A stretch of DNA of 63,385 nt, filler included, from Chrysochromulina tobinii (Eukaryota), in assembly GCA_001275005.1 (NCBI GenBank). It is 5 parts of 5 records of this genome, joined end to end, with 100 filler letters (N's around TTAATTAATTAA, not from the genome) between each part and the next. Parts side by side here need not be neighbours in the genome. Positions count along the whole stretch, not along the records: positions 37,532 to 57,102 come from JWZX01001306.1; 4 more parts are not named here. The stretch is one strand, 5' to 3'. A program made the position numbers and the translations under genes. Positions 39,233-49,921 of this stretch are shown one piece after another (position 1 is the first letter of the stretch; every line of letters starts with the position of its first letter). The notes beneath the pieces were generated by a model. That model had not been told where the DNA came from. It saw nothing but the letters and a program-made list of their open reading frames with translations, and made no database searches.

Positions 39233-41836
39233 ATGGCGCCGAAAATGCCGCCCCTCGTCCAAGAGCCCCTCGTCCACCAAGAGCCCTCGGAAGCGTTGGC
39301 TCTGCTCCAACGCTATTTGCTCATAAAGTCCCGTTCCGCGCTGATGGAGTGTACCTCTACGAACTGGTCGGGTCGCAATCTGACCGACGAGCACATGAAG
39401 GGCGTCAGCGGCGTGCTCATGAGCAACACGAAACTGACCATGCTCGACCTCTCCAAAAATCGCATCGGCGACGCGGGCGCACACGCCCTTGAGGTGGCGC
39501 TGGCCGGAGCGGTGGGGCTGCAAACGCTGACGCTGTCGTGTAATCGCATAGGCGATGACGGGGCGTGTGCGATTGCCGCTGCACTGCGAATGGCGATTGC
39601 CATTGGGTGGGCTCCCGGGGCCGCCGGTGGGCTCAAGGAGCTGATGCTTGCGTGGAACCAAATCGGAGATCGTGGCGCCGGCGCGCTTGCAAAGGCACTG
39701 CCGAACAAACTGCGACGACTCGACTTGCGCGCCAACCGCGTGGGCAACGCAGGCGTGGCTGAGCTCTTCCGAGCACTGCCCACCGGTCCGGCCCTCGACG
39801 AGCTCTGCTTACAGGACAATTGGATTTCTTGCGAGGGCGCCAAGGCGATCGCCGCTGCACTGCCCGTGTGTGTGTGGCTGCACGACCTGCAACTCGCGGG
39901 CAACCGAATCGCAGATGTCGGTGCTGCGGCTTTGGCCGAGGCTGTGCGGACGACGCGCTCGCTGCGACGGCTGCGCCTCTCAAGCAATGCCGTTGGCGAA
40001 GACGGTGGCGTGGCCCTCGCCGAGGCGCTCCGGCTCAGCGGCGATGAGGGCGAGGGTGCATTGCAGTCTCTTGAGGTGGCGTACAACCGGCTCGGCGATC
40101 GGACTGCCGCCGCTTTCGCTGTGGCCTTGCGACAGGCGCGACTGCAAGCGCTCGATTTGGAGGGCCACCGCATGAGCCCTGACGCGGTGCAGCACTTGGC
40201 CGTCGCGCTGCTTGGTGCCGCCATCGGGGTCGCGAGTGGTGTTGGGGGCTCGTCCCCGGCTGAGGCCGAGGAGCTCGACAGGGCCTGTGGGGAGGAGGAC
40301 GAGGCGCGCTCGGCGACCGCGGCGGCGCTCGCGGCGGCCCTCGCGGCGGAGGACGTGGCGACCATCCAGCTGACCAACGCAGAAGCGGCCGTTGAGGAGC
40401 TGCACAAGCGCCGTGAGGAGCTCGAAGAGGTCCTTCGTGAGGCCCAGGACCTCGAGTGGGAGCTGCAAGCTGCCAAGGCGCAGGAGGCGGAGCTCAAGCG
40501 GATCGTCGAGCAGGATCAGCAAGCGCTCGACGAGGCACAGAAGCAGGCCGAGAAGGCGAAGAAGTGGAACCTACTCTCGATGGGGACGCAGAAGCAGAAG
40601 GCTCTCCAAGCTCTGAAGGAGCAGATGACGAAACAGGCCGCCGGCGTGGCAAAGGCGGCGGCCGAGAGCCAGCGTGTGACGAGCCTCGGCGGAACGCTTG
40701 AGAAGCAGGCACGCGAGGCCGAGAGGCTCCAGCGCGAGCTCGAGCGAGATACGGCGGCGACGACACGTAGGCTGCGGGAGACTCGCGAAGCACGAGCGCA
40801 GGCAGAGAACGTCCGGCGTGCCGCCGAGGCCGCCGCGACCGAAGCCGCCGCCGCGCACGCCGAGCAAGCGCGCGCACGACCGGCGCCGGCGCCCACGCGG
40901 CCGCCGTGGCTATCGCTTCGGCGGTTGCATGGCATGCGGCTCATGTCGCACGTGCGCGCGCTCGGGGTGATAGGCGAAGACTGGCGGAACGAGCTCGACA
41001 ATGGGGTCCTTCTCGACGAGCTGCGGCGTGCGCGCGAGCTCCTTACCGGCGAGGCCATGCCGCCGTGGTTGCGGAGTGGCGTTCGAAGAAGCACGGAAGC
41101 ACGTACAAATTTGAGTGGATCCCACTTGCCTTTCGCGCTCTCCATGATGGGTGTGGCGGAGCCTCAAGAGCCGAGGGCCACGCAGCCACGCGTGCAAGTC
41201 CAACTCGAGCCGTTGATACTCTTCGCCTCCGACGGCGAGGAGGTCATCATCGACCGCAGGCGGCCAACGAAGCCGCCAGATCCGCCGATAGGGCACCGGT
41301 GGAGGAAGCTGGGTCGGAGAAGGCCGACGAAGGGCGTCGAGCTCTTCAACGAGGCGCTCAGCGAAGCTCTTCGGACGAAGCAGGAGTTCACCCAGAAGGA
41401 GATCGACGAGTTCAGGCTGCCGAATCTCACAGTCGAGAGCTTCATTCAGGTGGGCGATAGGTTTTTTCGTGCTGAAGATGGAGCAACGCCACCGTCGCCG
41501 CCGCCGCCACCGCCACCGCCGAAGCCACCACCACCACCACAGCCGACGCCACCACCACCGCCGCCGCCGCCGCCGCCACCATCGAAGCCATCGCCGCCGC
41601 CGCCGCCGCCTGCAGATGCTCAGATTATGCCTGACCTTGATCCGGAGGCTGTCCGCAGGGCCATTCAGGCTGTCTTCGAGCGGTGGGATCTCGACAGGTC
41701 GGGCCTCTTGTCCATCGACGAGTTCGCCTCGGGCATCACGCGAGAGGCCACGTCGCTCGAGCATCGCGACGACCCCGCTGTGCGTGCCATCGCCGCGGTG
41801 ATGGCGAGAGAGGCAAGAGAGAGGCGAGAGAGGTGA
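39233..41836 (+). CDS. Ribonuclease-inhibitor-like LRR protein with coiled coil, poly-Pro tract and C-terminal EF-hand
   Basis: About ten 28-aa LxxLxLxxNxIGDxGAxALAxAL repeats; E/A/Q-rich coil; DLDRSGLLSIDEF. Confidence 0.88.
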   Translation: MAPKMPPLVQEPLVHQEPSEALALLQRYLLIKSRSALMECTSTNWSGRNLTDEHMKGVSGVLMSNTKLTMLDLSKNRIGDAGAHALEVALAGAVGLQTLTLSCNRIGDDGACAIAAALRMAIAIGWAPGAAGGLKELMLAWNQIGDRGAGALAKALPNKLRRLDLRANRVGNAGVAELFRALPTGPALDELCLQDNWISCEGAKAIAAALPVCVWLHDLQLAGNRIADVGAAALAEAVRTTRSLRRLRLSSNAVGEDGGVALAEALRLSGDEGEGALQSLEVAYNRLGDRTAAAFAVALRQARLQALDLEGHRMSPDAVQHLAVALLGAAIGVASGVGGSSPAEAEELDRACGEEDEARSATAAALAAALAAEDVATIQLTNAEAAVEELHKRREELEEVLREAQDLEWELQAAKAQEAELKRIVEQDQQALDEAQKQAEKAKKWNLLSMGTQKQKALQALKEQMTKQAAGVAKAAAESQRVTSLGGTLEKQAREAERLQRELERDTAATTRRLRETREARAQAENVRRAAEAAATEAAAAHAEQARARPAPAPTRPPWLSLRRLHGMRLMSHVRALGVIGEDWRNELDNGVLLDELRRARELLTGEAMPPWLRSGVRRSTEARTNLSGSHLPFALSMMGVAEPQEPRATQPRVQVQLEPLILFASDGEEVIIDRRRPTKPPDPPIGHRWRKLGRRRPTKGVELFNEALSEALRTKQEFTQKEIDEFRLPNLTVESFIQVGDRFFRAEDGATPPSPPPPPPPPKPPPPPQPTPPPPPPPPPPPSKPSPPPPPPADAQIMPDLDPEAVRRAIQAVFERWDLDRSGLLSIDEFASGITREATSLEHRDDPAVRAIAAVMAREARERRER

Positions 41837-42674
41837 AATCCGCATCCTCCAGCACGCATCTTCCGGTGTGGCTCGTAAGAGTGCGTAGAGCCAGGCTCTG
41901 TGGAGAGGTGAAATCTGCATCCTCCAGCACGCAGCATCCTTCGGTGGCACGGTGGCACGCGTGAGTCGCGGCTCGCGGGGTACAAATGAGCTGGCCCTCC
42001 CTGACTCAGCGCACAGCGGGCGGGTTGTGGTGGGATACGGTAATTGTAAATTGACGTCAATTGTGACTGCGCGCTGTTGCGGCGCTCCGCTGTACAGTCA
42101 CGCCGCTGACCATAGTCCGGTCATAGACCGGATACAGTGATAGTGTTAATAGTGATAGCGTCGCCGTCTGCCTTTCGCTTGACGATGATAGTTCCACAGG
42201 ATGTCCCGCACACTTAATTTAAAGTACCGTTAACGCTATAATACGGCTATACGATAACCCTCCGGCTGCCGTATACGGTATACTAAATTAAGTGCCGGTC
42301 CCGCACACTTAAGGTTTAGCCGGTGCACTCCGTCTCCGCTCGCCTCTCGCGTCTCTGCGACGTAGGTCGTAGCGAGCCCCCTATTCGCTATTCACCGCCA
42401 CCCCTGAGTAACCCTAGTGTGCGGTGAGAAAAAAAATATATCGGCTTCGTAACGACTAACGTCAAACGTGTATACTACAATACAGCTCGTGACAGCGAGG
42501 AACGGGACACTCTCCACTCTGGCAACTGGCACGTAATTATTGTCTATGTCCTCTATCCTCTATCCTCGGCATGCAGCACAGCCCACAGCGAGGGACTGCT
42601 GAAATCAGTACTGATGAAATCAGATGGCGACACAGTGAGACGCGGTTGCCGTGGATGCCGTCACCCCCTGTGCC

Positions 42675-44126
42675 TCACCTGCTTTTCAAGCAAGCTTCAA
42701 TGAGCAGATCAAGCACATCATCAGGAAACTTCATGCTGTATTTGTTCAGCCACAGCAGCAGCAAGACGAATCGCTGTGTGGTATGATTGAACATCAAATG
42801 ATCTTTGCGAGACCAATAGACCATATTCCAGACTTTGATCGTCTGGTCGATCGATCCCGACACGATCTTGGTCCCGTCCGGGGAGAACGCCACCGACATG
42901 ATCCATTTGCTGTGTGCGTTCATCTTCTCGCTCAACAGCTCCAGTTTGCCTGCCAGACAAGCCAACAAGCATCAGTTTTGGCCAAGGAGGGGCGATTTGA
43001 GGGCTGCAGCGCACCCGACTCCCAGACTTTGATCGTCCCGTCGTCCGACCCCGACACAATCTTGGTCCCGTCCGGGGAAAACGCCACTGAGTTGATGCAG
43101 TCGCTGTGGGCGTTCGTCTTCTCGATCAACTGCTCCAGCTTACCTGCCAGACAATCCAGCAGGCGTCAGTTTTGGACAGGAAAGCGCCATTTAAGAGCTC
43201 TGGCGCACCAGACTCCCAGACTTTGATCGTCCCATCAGCCGACCCCGACACAATCTTGGCCCCGTCCGGGGAAAACGCGACCGAGATGATGTCCCCGCTG
43301 TGGGCGTTGGTCTTCTCGCTCAACAGCCCCAGTTTCCCTGCCAGACAAGTCAGCAGGCGTTAGTTTCGGTCAAGGAGGGGTGATTTTGAGGGCTCTGGCG
43401 CACCAGACTCCCAGACTTTGATCGTCCGGTCTTCCGATCCCGAGACAATCTTGGTCCCGTCCGGGGAAAACGCCACCGACCTTATCCATCGGCTGTGGGC
43501 GTCGGTCTTCTCGCTCAACAGCTCCAGTTTTGCTGCCAGACAAGCCAGCAGGCGTCAGTTTTGGCAACGGAGGAGCCATTTGCGTGGCGCACCCGAACCC
43601 CAGACTTTGATCGTCTCGTCGTCCGATCCCGACACAATCTTGGTCCCGTCCGGGGAAAACGCCACCGAGTTGATGTCCCCGCTGTGGGCGTCCATCTTCT
43701 CGATCAACTGCTCCAGCTTGCCTGCCAGACAATCCAACAGGCGTCAGTTTTTGCCAAGGAGGAGTGATTTTGAAGGCTCTGAGGCACACCCGAATCCCAG
43801 ACTTTAATCTTGACCTCGCCTTCCTCCTCATCAAAAGTCTCATCAAATTCTTCCCACGAAGTGACAGCGATGCCGTTGATAGACATAAGTGTGCACCCAT
43901 TCCCATAGGCATCATTAATCGCAGTCTGGTCTTCCTTGGAGGCAACAAAAGTACGTTCTCCGACTGGCTGATCTCTCAATTCCCAGACTTTCATCGTCCC
44001 ATGATCCGATCCCGACACAATCTTCGTGCCATCGGGCGAAAAGACGACCGAGATGATGGCATCGCTGATTGTGTCGGTGTGGGCGTTCGTCTTCTCCGCT
44101 ATACAGTTGATGAGCATCGCGATCAT
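42675..44126 (-). CDS. WD40-repeat protein, copy A (exons 44126-43790, 43721-43593, 43532-43404, 43337-43209, 43143-43015, 42949-~42675)
   Basis: Four internal 129-nt phase-1 exons each encode one [43 protein letters not shown] repeat, separated by homologous 60-68-nt GT-AG introns. Start codon and last exon are uncertain. Confidence 0.85.
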
Positions 44127-44943
44127 CCTGCGGACAAGAGAGAAGAACAGAGGCTCAGGCAGCGTGTGTATTCGGCAGCATGGAGATATGGGACCACAAG
44201 CGACTGCAAGATCGAAGGGCGCTTGAAGGGTCTCGATGCAGACATGCAACAGCCAACAGCGTGCCGCGAGGATGAGGGGAATCGCGTGAGGAGTGTGGCT
44301 CCGAAGCTCATCGCGAACCGGAGAGTCGCATGAGCGGACTCGATCGATTCCGTGTGCGGCGGTGGGCGAAGGCGGAGCGCATGCTGCGAACGATAACGTC
44401 ACCGAGGAGGGACAAGGACGCTGCCTGCCAGATCCGCTGCCGTTCAACACAACGCGCATGCCGACCCCAAAGCACGAGGGCCTCTATCGCTATGGACGGA
44501 GGCATGGCCAACACAGCCTAACACCGTGCCTGAGGGAAAAAAGCGTCTGCCGACAAAAGGGGGATATTCTGCCTCTTCGTCAAGTAAACGCGAACAAATC
44601 TCCACAAACCTTAAAAGGCCCACGTTGCAAAACCCCGAAAGACGTGGGACGCATCATGGCGCTTGTGCGCGTTGCTGCCGGGCTGCCTGGCGTCGTCAGT
44701 CGCGCTCGGGTCGTCCCGTTCGAGCTTTGAGGCGACGTCCGTGGTCGATGCCGACCACGGCGAGAGCGAATCGCGAAGCCGGCGACGCCGAGGCCCGAGT
44801 ACGGCCTGTGAGGTCGCGTTTTGGTCGCATTTCGGTACTTGGACATGCAGAGTGACCTTGAATGGCGTGATTCTCTGTGTTGTATGAGTCCATATAGTCC
44901 CTAGACTCGATCTATGGCCCTCCAGCTATGTGCTGTCTCGCGA
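43020..44943. repeat. 1.9-kb direct repeat, copy 1 (copy 2 at 50460-52383)
   Basis: Sequence is identical at offset 7440 except for one substitution I could see (43121 C vs 50561 A). Confidence 0.92.
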
Positions 44944-47900
44944 AAAAAAAAAAGCCGCCGTACTGGGCATCCTCGGCTCCCTCGCTCGCGGTCCTCTCGC
45001 CTCTACCGGCTCTAACGGCTATGACGACGCGGCGCTGCATGAGCTCGCTCGCCAGCTAGGGATGGCGCCCGGCTCCGCGTCGCAGCTGTTCGAGCCGCTG
45101 CCGCACGCCCGCGACTCGACGGAGGCAGCGAGGGCACGGCGCGCCGCGATGGCACAGATGGCGCACGCGATGGAGGCGCAGGCGGTCGAGGAGCGTCTGC
45201 GCGACCTCGGCCTTCGGGGACTCGATCTCGCGGGGCTACACCCATCCGACCTCCACGCACTCGGGTTGCCGCCTCACCTCGCCACCGGCGCCGGCGCGGC
45301 GGGCCTCGGCGGCGACGGACTCGGCGGGCCCAGCGGCGGCTTCGCGAGTGCCGCCGACGGAGTGGGCGCCTCGGCAGGCGAGCTCTTCGGCATTCCACAG
45401 CGCCACTCGCCGCGTGGGTACGCCTCACGGGTGCCCTACGGCGCACCGGCGGCGGGCGTGGTGGGTGAGAGCATGGAGGAGCCGTTGGGCGAGCTCCACG
45501 TCGCGCTCCACCGCCTCTCCGCGGCTCTCGCAGCTGCTGGCCATGCGGAGAGCCGAACGACCTCACGCTACTCATCGGTGCCTGGATCACTCGCGTCCAG
45601 TCAACTCGTCTCGCCCGCCGGCTCTCCGATGCGGGCTGGCGCGCTCGACCGTTCACCCTACGGCCGGCCGTCACCGTATCGCCAGCCGCCGCGCCATTCA
45701 GCTACCGGCCGCGCCGGCTACGGCGCGACCGACGGCGACAGCTACGGCGACAGCTACGGCGGCAGAGATGGCGGCAGAGATGGCGGCAGCTGTGGCGGCG
45801 GCCGTGGCGGCAGCCGTGGCGGCAGCTTTGGTGGCGTGGCTGCGTGGCATCTCGCACGGCGTGCCAGCGACGCTCCCTATTACGAGCCCAACTCTCGCCC
45901 GCCCTCCTCGCGGCCGGCCTCCTCGCGGCCCGGCTCGTCACGCCCTGAATCGGGAGGCTCCGCGCATTCACATTCACATTCACGTTCACGCCCCGAGTCG
46001 GGAGGCTCCGCGCGCAGCGGCAGCAGCGGCGGCGGCTTCGGCGGCTTCGGCAGTGGCGGCGGATATGATGCCTACAGCGCCGCTGGCTACGCGACGGACA
46101 GCATCATGCGCCCCGGCACCGCCACTGATGCCCAATCCCTTGCGCCGCCGCCCGAGCACGACGAGACGTGGCGCGAGCTGCTGCTCCGCTCAGCCGGCCT
46201 CTTGGCCGAACCGCCGGACGCGCCCGCGCCGATCGCCGTGCGGCAAGTCGGCTACGTCACCGGCTACGAGCGTCGTGCCGAGCGGCCGTTGAGTGGGGCC
46301 CAGCATGCAGGACCTGCAGGGCCCGCCTCCGCACGGGAGGCAGCCTATGGGCGCGGCGACGGCAAGGCGCGCTCACGGCCCGCATCCGCGGGGCGCGAGC
46401 GCCGTGACGAGCGCCCACGCAGTGCCGGCGGCGGCTCCCGCCTCGCTGCTTCCATCGCGGGGGGGCCTGCCCGAGCGCAGAGCGCCCCGCCCCGCCACCC
46501 GTCTTCCCGCGGCTCGTCGCCGCCTCCCGGCGCCATCGGCGCGGATGGCAGCAGTGTGGCCCGTGTGCCCGAGGAGCCGTACTCGGATGTGTACGACGGG
46601 CGCTACGGCGGGCGTTATGACAGCCAGAGCCGGCCAGCGGAGCGCACGCCTTCGGGCTACCGGTCGGTCGTCGAGGAGGAGGCGGAGGGCGGCTGGAGGG
46701 CAGCGGCACGAGAGTGGCAGCCCAAGATGGCTCCGGCGCGCCTCGACCCACGGCTAGAGCGCCCGCCTGCGCCGCATAATGTGCCCGCGCCGCGCTCTCC
46801 AGAGTACGAGCCGTACGACAGTGGCCTACCACCCCCCGGCGGCGGCGCGGGCGCGGCGGCGTCGCGCCGGGCAGAGGCGGCACGGATCGAGGCGGCGTAC
46901 CAGGAGGTGGCACGCGCGGAGGCGGTGCGCGACGCGGTCCGTATGCAGGCGGCCTATGACGAGCTCGCGGTCGCCCGACACGACGCGTCCGCGGCCTCCA
47001 AGTACGAGGCGAGGGTTGTCGGCTTCCTTCCACAGCCCGATCCTCCATCGACCGCCCCCGCCACCGCCACCGGCCCCGGCCCCGCCCCCGCCCGCCGCAG
47101 CGCCTTCGAAGGCGCAGCAGAGCAAGCCACCGCAGAGCATCCCTCGAGGGAGGCCGCCAGCCGCCGCCAAAGCGCTGTGTCGGGCGGCCTGAGCGTGCCG
47201 CCTCCAGTGCGTTTGGCGGTACCTCCAGCTCTTGCCGCCCTGGCGGGGGCTTCGGCCGCCCATGCCGCCGAGGCGCGCGGCCCGAGCTGGAGCGAGCCAG
47301 CACGTGAGCTAACGCGTGAGCTAACACGTGAGCCAGCGCGTGAGTACGAGCCAGCGCCGCCGCCGATGACCTCACGCCAGCCGATCCCTTCACACCTCAC
47401 TTCACGCCAGCCGATCACCTCGGCACACCCAGACCCGTTCCGCGCGCTCGAGCTGCAGGCATGCGACGCGCGCCGCTCGGCCCTCGATGAGGACGTGCGC
47501 CGGCTGCACCGCTCAAACGACAGCGCTGCGGCTGGCGGCGCCGGCGCTGCGTACTCCCTGGGAGCAGCCGCTCGAAGCGGCAGCACGCTCGCCGCCGCGG
47601 CTGAGCCGCCGCCGCCGCGACCGCCCTCGGGCTACGCAGAGTCCGCAGGCCGAGGGATCCCGCCGGCCGTTGGGGGCTACCCGGAGTCCGCAGCCACCAA
47701 CGGCGGCGGTCGCCTCGGTGGGGCGCCGAGCTGGGCGCCCGCGACGGCGCGTTGCGCGGAGGATGCGGCGGCGGTCCGAGCCCGCAAGCATGCATGGGCG
47801 ATGGGTTACGGGGGCGACGCAGTTGGTGCTCGCGGCGGCGCTGCCCCGTCCGGCGCCGCTCGCGACGACGCCTCTCACGCTCGCGACGACGCCTCGTACG

Positions 47901-48661
47901 TGCGCGCCTCTCACGGCGCGTCGCTGAGGAGGCCGACACAGCTCGGAGCGGGCGGCGTCACGAGCGGCGACGCCCTCGGCCGCGCACCGCGCGTGCCCAA
48001 GCCGGCGCTTGCGCGCCCGGCACGGCGCGATCAGATGGACGGGCACGCCCTGTCGGAGCACGCGGCTCGGCAGCAGGCGGCATGGGAGGCTCGGCAGCAG
48101 GAGCTGATGGTCATCGGAAGTAACGGACTGCCTGCCGAGGTGCGTGCTCGGCTCGGCGCGCGCGGGCTTGTGCAAGCTCGCTCGACGCACCCGTCGACAC
48201 GCGCCGAACCGTACGTTTCGCGTCGTGTTGAGCAGTACGCTTCGCGCCGTGTCGAGCAGCACGATTGGCGCCCCGACTCCTCTACCGGTAACGGCTCGTA
48301 CTGCGCGAGCGTGAGCGACGCGGCCATCACGGCCGCCGAGGACATCCGCCGCCGTGGCGTCTACCACAAAGGCTCCACCAAGACGTATCAGCGAGAGCCG
48401 CCGCCCTTGGCTCCGCCCTTGGACCGGAGGCAGCCTGATGGGCGGGCGCGCCAGTATGCGAGCACCCATGAGGCAGAAGGCGGCATGCTCTGGCATGGGC
48501 GGCTCGAGGCCCCCCCCGAGAAACGGCCGAGCGCGGCCATCAAGCAGATGGTCGAGCGCGACAGCCCGGCGCCGCAGCCCGCCAGGGTGATGGACACGAG
48601 CGGGGTGCCACGGGCGGTGTGCTACCCCACGCGCGGCGCGCCCGCGTCCATCTTCCGCTGA
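44930..48661 (+). CDS. Large low-complexity (Ala/Gly/Ser/Pro/Arg-rich) hypothetical protein, 5' end possibly lost at a poly-A junction
   Basis: 1243-codon open frame with coding-like bias and no domain recognised. It begins without a clear ATG at the edge of the 1.9-kb repeat. Confidence 0.6.
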   Translation: MLSREKKKAAVLGILGSLARGPLASTGSNGYDDAALHELARQLGMAPGSASQLFEPLPHARDSTEAARARRAAMAQMAHAMEAQAVEERLRDLGLRGLDLAGLHPSDLHALGLPPHLATGAGAAGLGGDGLGGPSGGFASAADGVGASAGELFGIPQRHSPRGYASRVPYGAPAAGVVGESMEEPLGELHVALHRLSAALAAAGHAESRTTSRYSSVPGSLASSQLVSPAGSPMRAGALDRSPYGRPSPYRQPPRHSATGRAGYGATDGDSYGDSYGGRDGGRDGGSCGGGRGGSRGGSFGGVAAWHLARRASDAPYYEPNSRPPSSRPASSRPGSSRPESGGSAHSHSHSRSRPESGGSARSGSSGGGFGGFGSGGGYDAYSAAGYATDSIMRPGTATDAQSLAPPPEHDETWRELLLRSAGLLAEPPDAPAPIAVRQVGYVTGYERRAERPLSGAQHAGPAGPASAREAAYGRGDGKARSRPASAGRERRDERPRSAGGGSRLAASIAGGPARAQSAPPRHPSSRGSSPPPGAIGADGSSVARVPEEPYSDVYDGRYGGRYDSQSRPAERTPSGYRSVVEEEAEGGWRAAAREWQPKMAPARLDPRLERPPAPHNVPAPRSPEYEPYDSGLPPPGGGAGAAASRRAEAARIEAAYQEVARAEAVRDAVRMQAAYDELAVARHDASAASKYEARVVGFLPQPDPPSTAPATATGPGPAPARRSAFEGAAEQATAEHPSREAASRRQSAVSGGLSVPPPVRLAVPPALAALAGASAAHAAEARGPSWSEPARELTRELTREPAREYEPAPPPMTSRQPIPSHLTSRQPITSAHPDPFRALELQACDARRSALDEDVRRLHRSNDSAAAGGAGAAYSLGAAARSGSTLAAAAEPPPPRPPSGYAESAGRGIPPAVGGYPESAATNGGGRLGGAPSWAPATARCAEDAAAVRARKHAWAMGYGGDAVGARGGAAPSGAARDDASHARDDASYVRASHGASLRRPTQLGAGGVTSGDALGRAPRVPKPALARPARRDQMDGHALSEHAARQQAAWEARQQELMVIGSNGLPAEVRARLGARGLVQARSTHPSTRAEPYVSRRVEQYASRRVEQHDWRPDSSTGNGSYCASVSDAAITAAEDIRRRGVYHKGSTKTYQREPPPLAPPLDRRQPDGRARQYASTHEAEGGMLWHGRLEAPPEKRPSAAIKQMVERDSPAPQPARVMDTSGVPRAVCYPTRGAPASIFR

Positions 48662-49921
48662 TGAGCTCGGGAGGACTCGGAGAGTGGAGGAACGATACGG
48701 TCCAGCAGGGCTCTCAAATCTGCTCCACACACAACTTATAAAATGAAGAGGTCCAAGAGGTGCCAAGAGGGCCAGCCGGTGAGAGAGGAGACTGAAACTC
48801 TGAAGAAGAAAGTGTTGTCCCTGCAATGGCCTCTGGCGTCAAGACGCGCGCGCACATGATACATCTGTTTTCCGGTTTTATACGGGGAGGCACACATCAA
48901 AATGACAAAGTCTGTCAAATGACCGGCTGCAAAGCGGAAACGCGACGCGCGTGCGCGGCGTGGTCGCAGGGCGGGACGTCCCACTGAATCCACTTTCGGG
49001 TATGCGTCGTTTCAAGTCACTATTGTTACACACGACATCATTTCTGTCATCTCACTTCTCAGTTCTCAATCTCACATCACACCGTGTCGCTTGTTGGTCA
49101 ACGCACCCTGAGACGCGAGAGCGAGACCGTGAGACACCACCACCGACACCGCCACGCTTTTATGCCTGGGCGCCGTACCGCCACCCCGCCCTCGCCACGT
49201 GTGCGCTGCCGTTAGCGGGGGCTACGGATACGGTTTAGAGCGGTGGTAGGCCGTGCGCCGTGTTTTTCCTTAACTTACTTTACCGCGCGACCCCGGCGAC
49301 CGGTCCGACACCATTAGAGACACCATCCTTCCGTTTACCTTCCGTTCGCGTAGCAACTTTTCGCAAATCGTCACAGACGTGTAGAGAGAAGAGACTTATA
49401 TACAGCCAAATACGAAATAGCTCTCGGTGTCTCGGAGTATTCGGTACGGCGGCCGGGGCACGTACTTACAGGGTACTTACAGGGTACCACGTCCGTTCAT
49501 AGAGAGTACCGGGAATACTACAGCAAGAGTACAAGGACATGGCGCGAGTACTGCGCGCTGCACCTAGCTGCACCGGCTGCGCCTGGGCCTGCGGCTCGCT
49601 CGTGGTCTCAATTTCCACCAGCTCGTGTCACGATTCCTGAGCTGAACTATTTCGCAACTTCCTCAGGGGGAGTGATGTGTAGGCCGGTCATGCGTGAACA
49701 AAGTCGGCAGGAGTTGGGGGTTGGAGGGTCCAATCCTTGTAATCATCTCGACCTTGATCTCGGTGAGCATGTACCCAGCCGTCTTCATCTCGGGGGACTC
49801 GGCGATTGTGCGCCCAGCCGACTTGGCCTCAAAGCAAGAGATCAAACGTTCACAGCACGCGCCGACCGCCGTGTGGATCAGATCGGATGCGACACACCGT
49901 GCCTCCGTAACCCCACACCTC

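Noticed and set aside
41828..41946. ~40-nt direct duplication at the LRR gene stop (GAGAGGTGAAATCYGCATCCTCCAGCACGCA)
   Set aside because: It resembles an echo intron, but splicing would still give an immediate TGA and no family module is present. It cannot be supported as an intron without RNA data.
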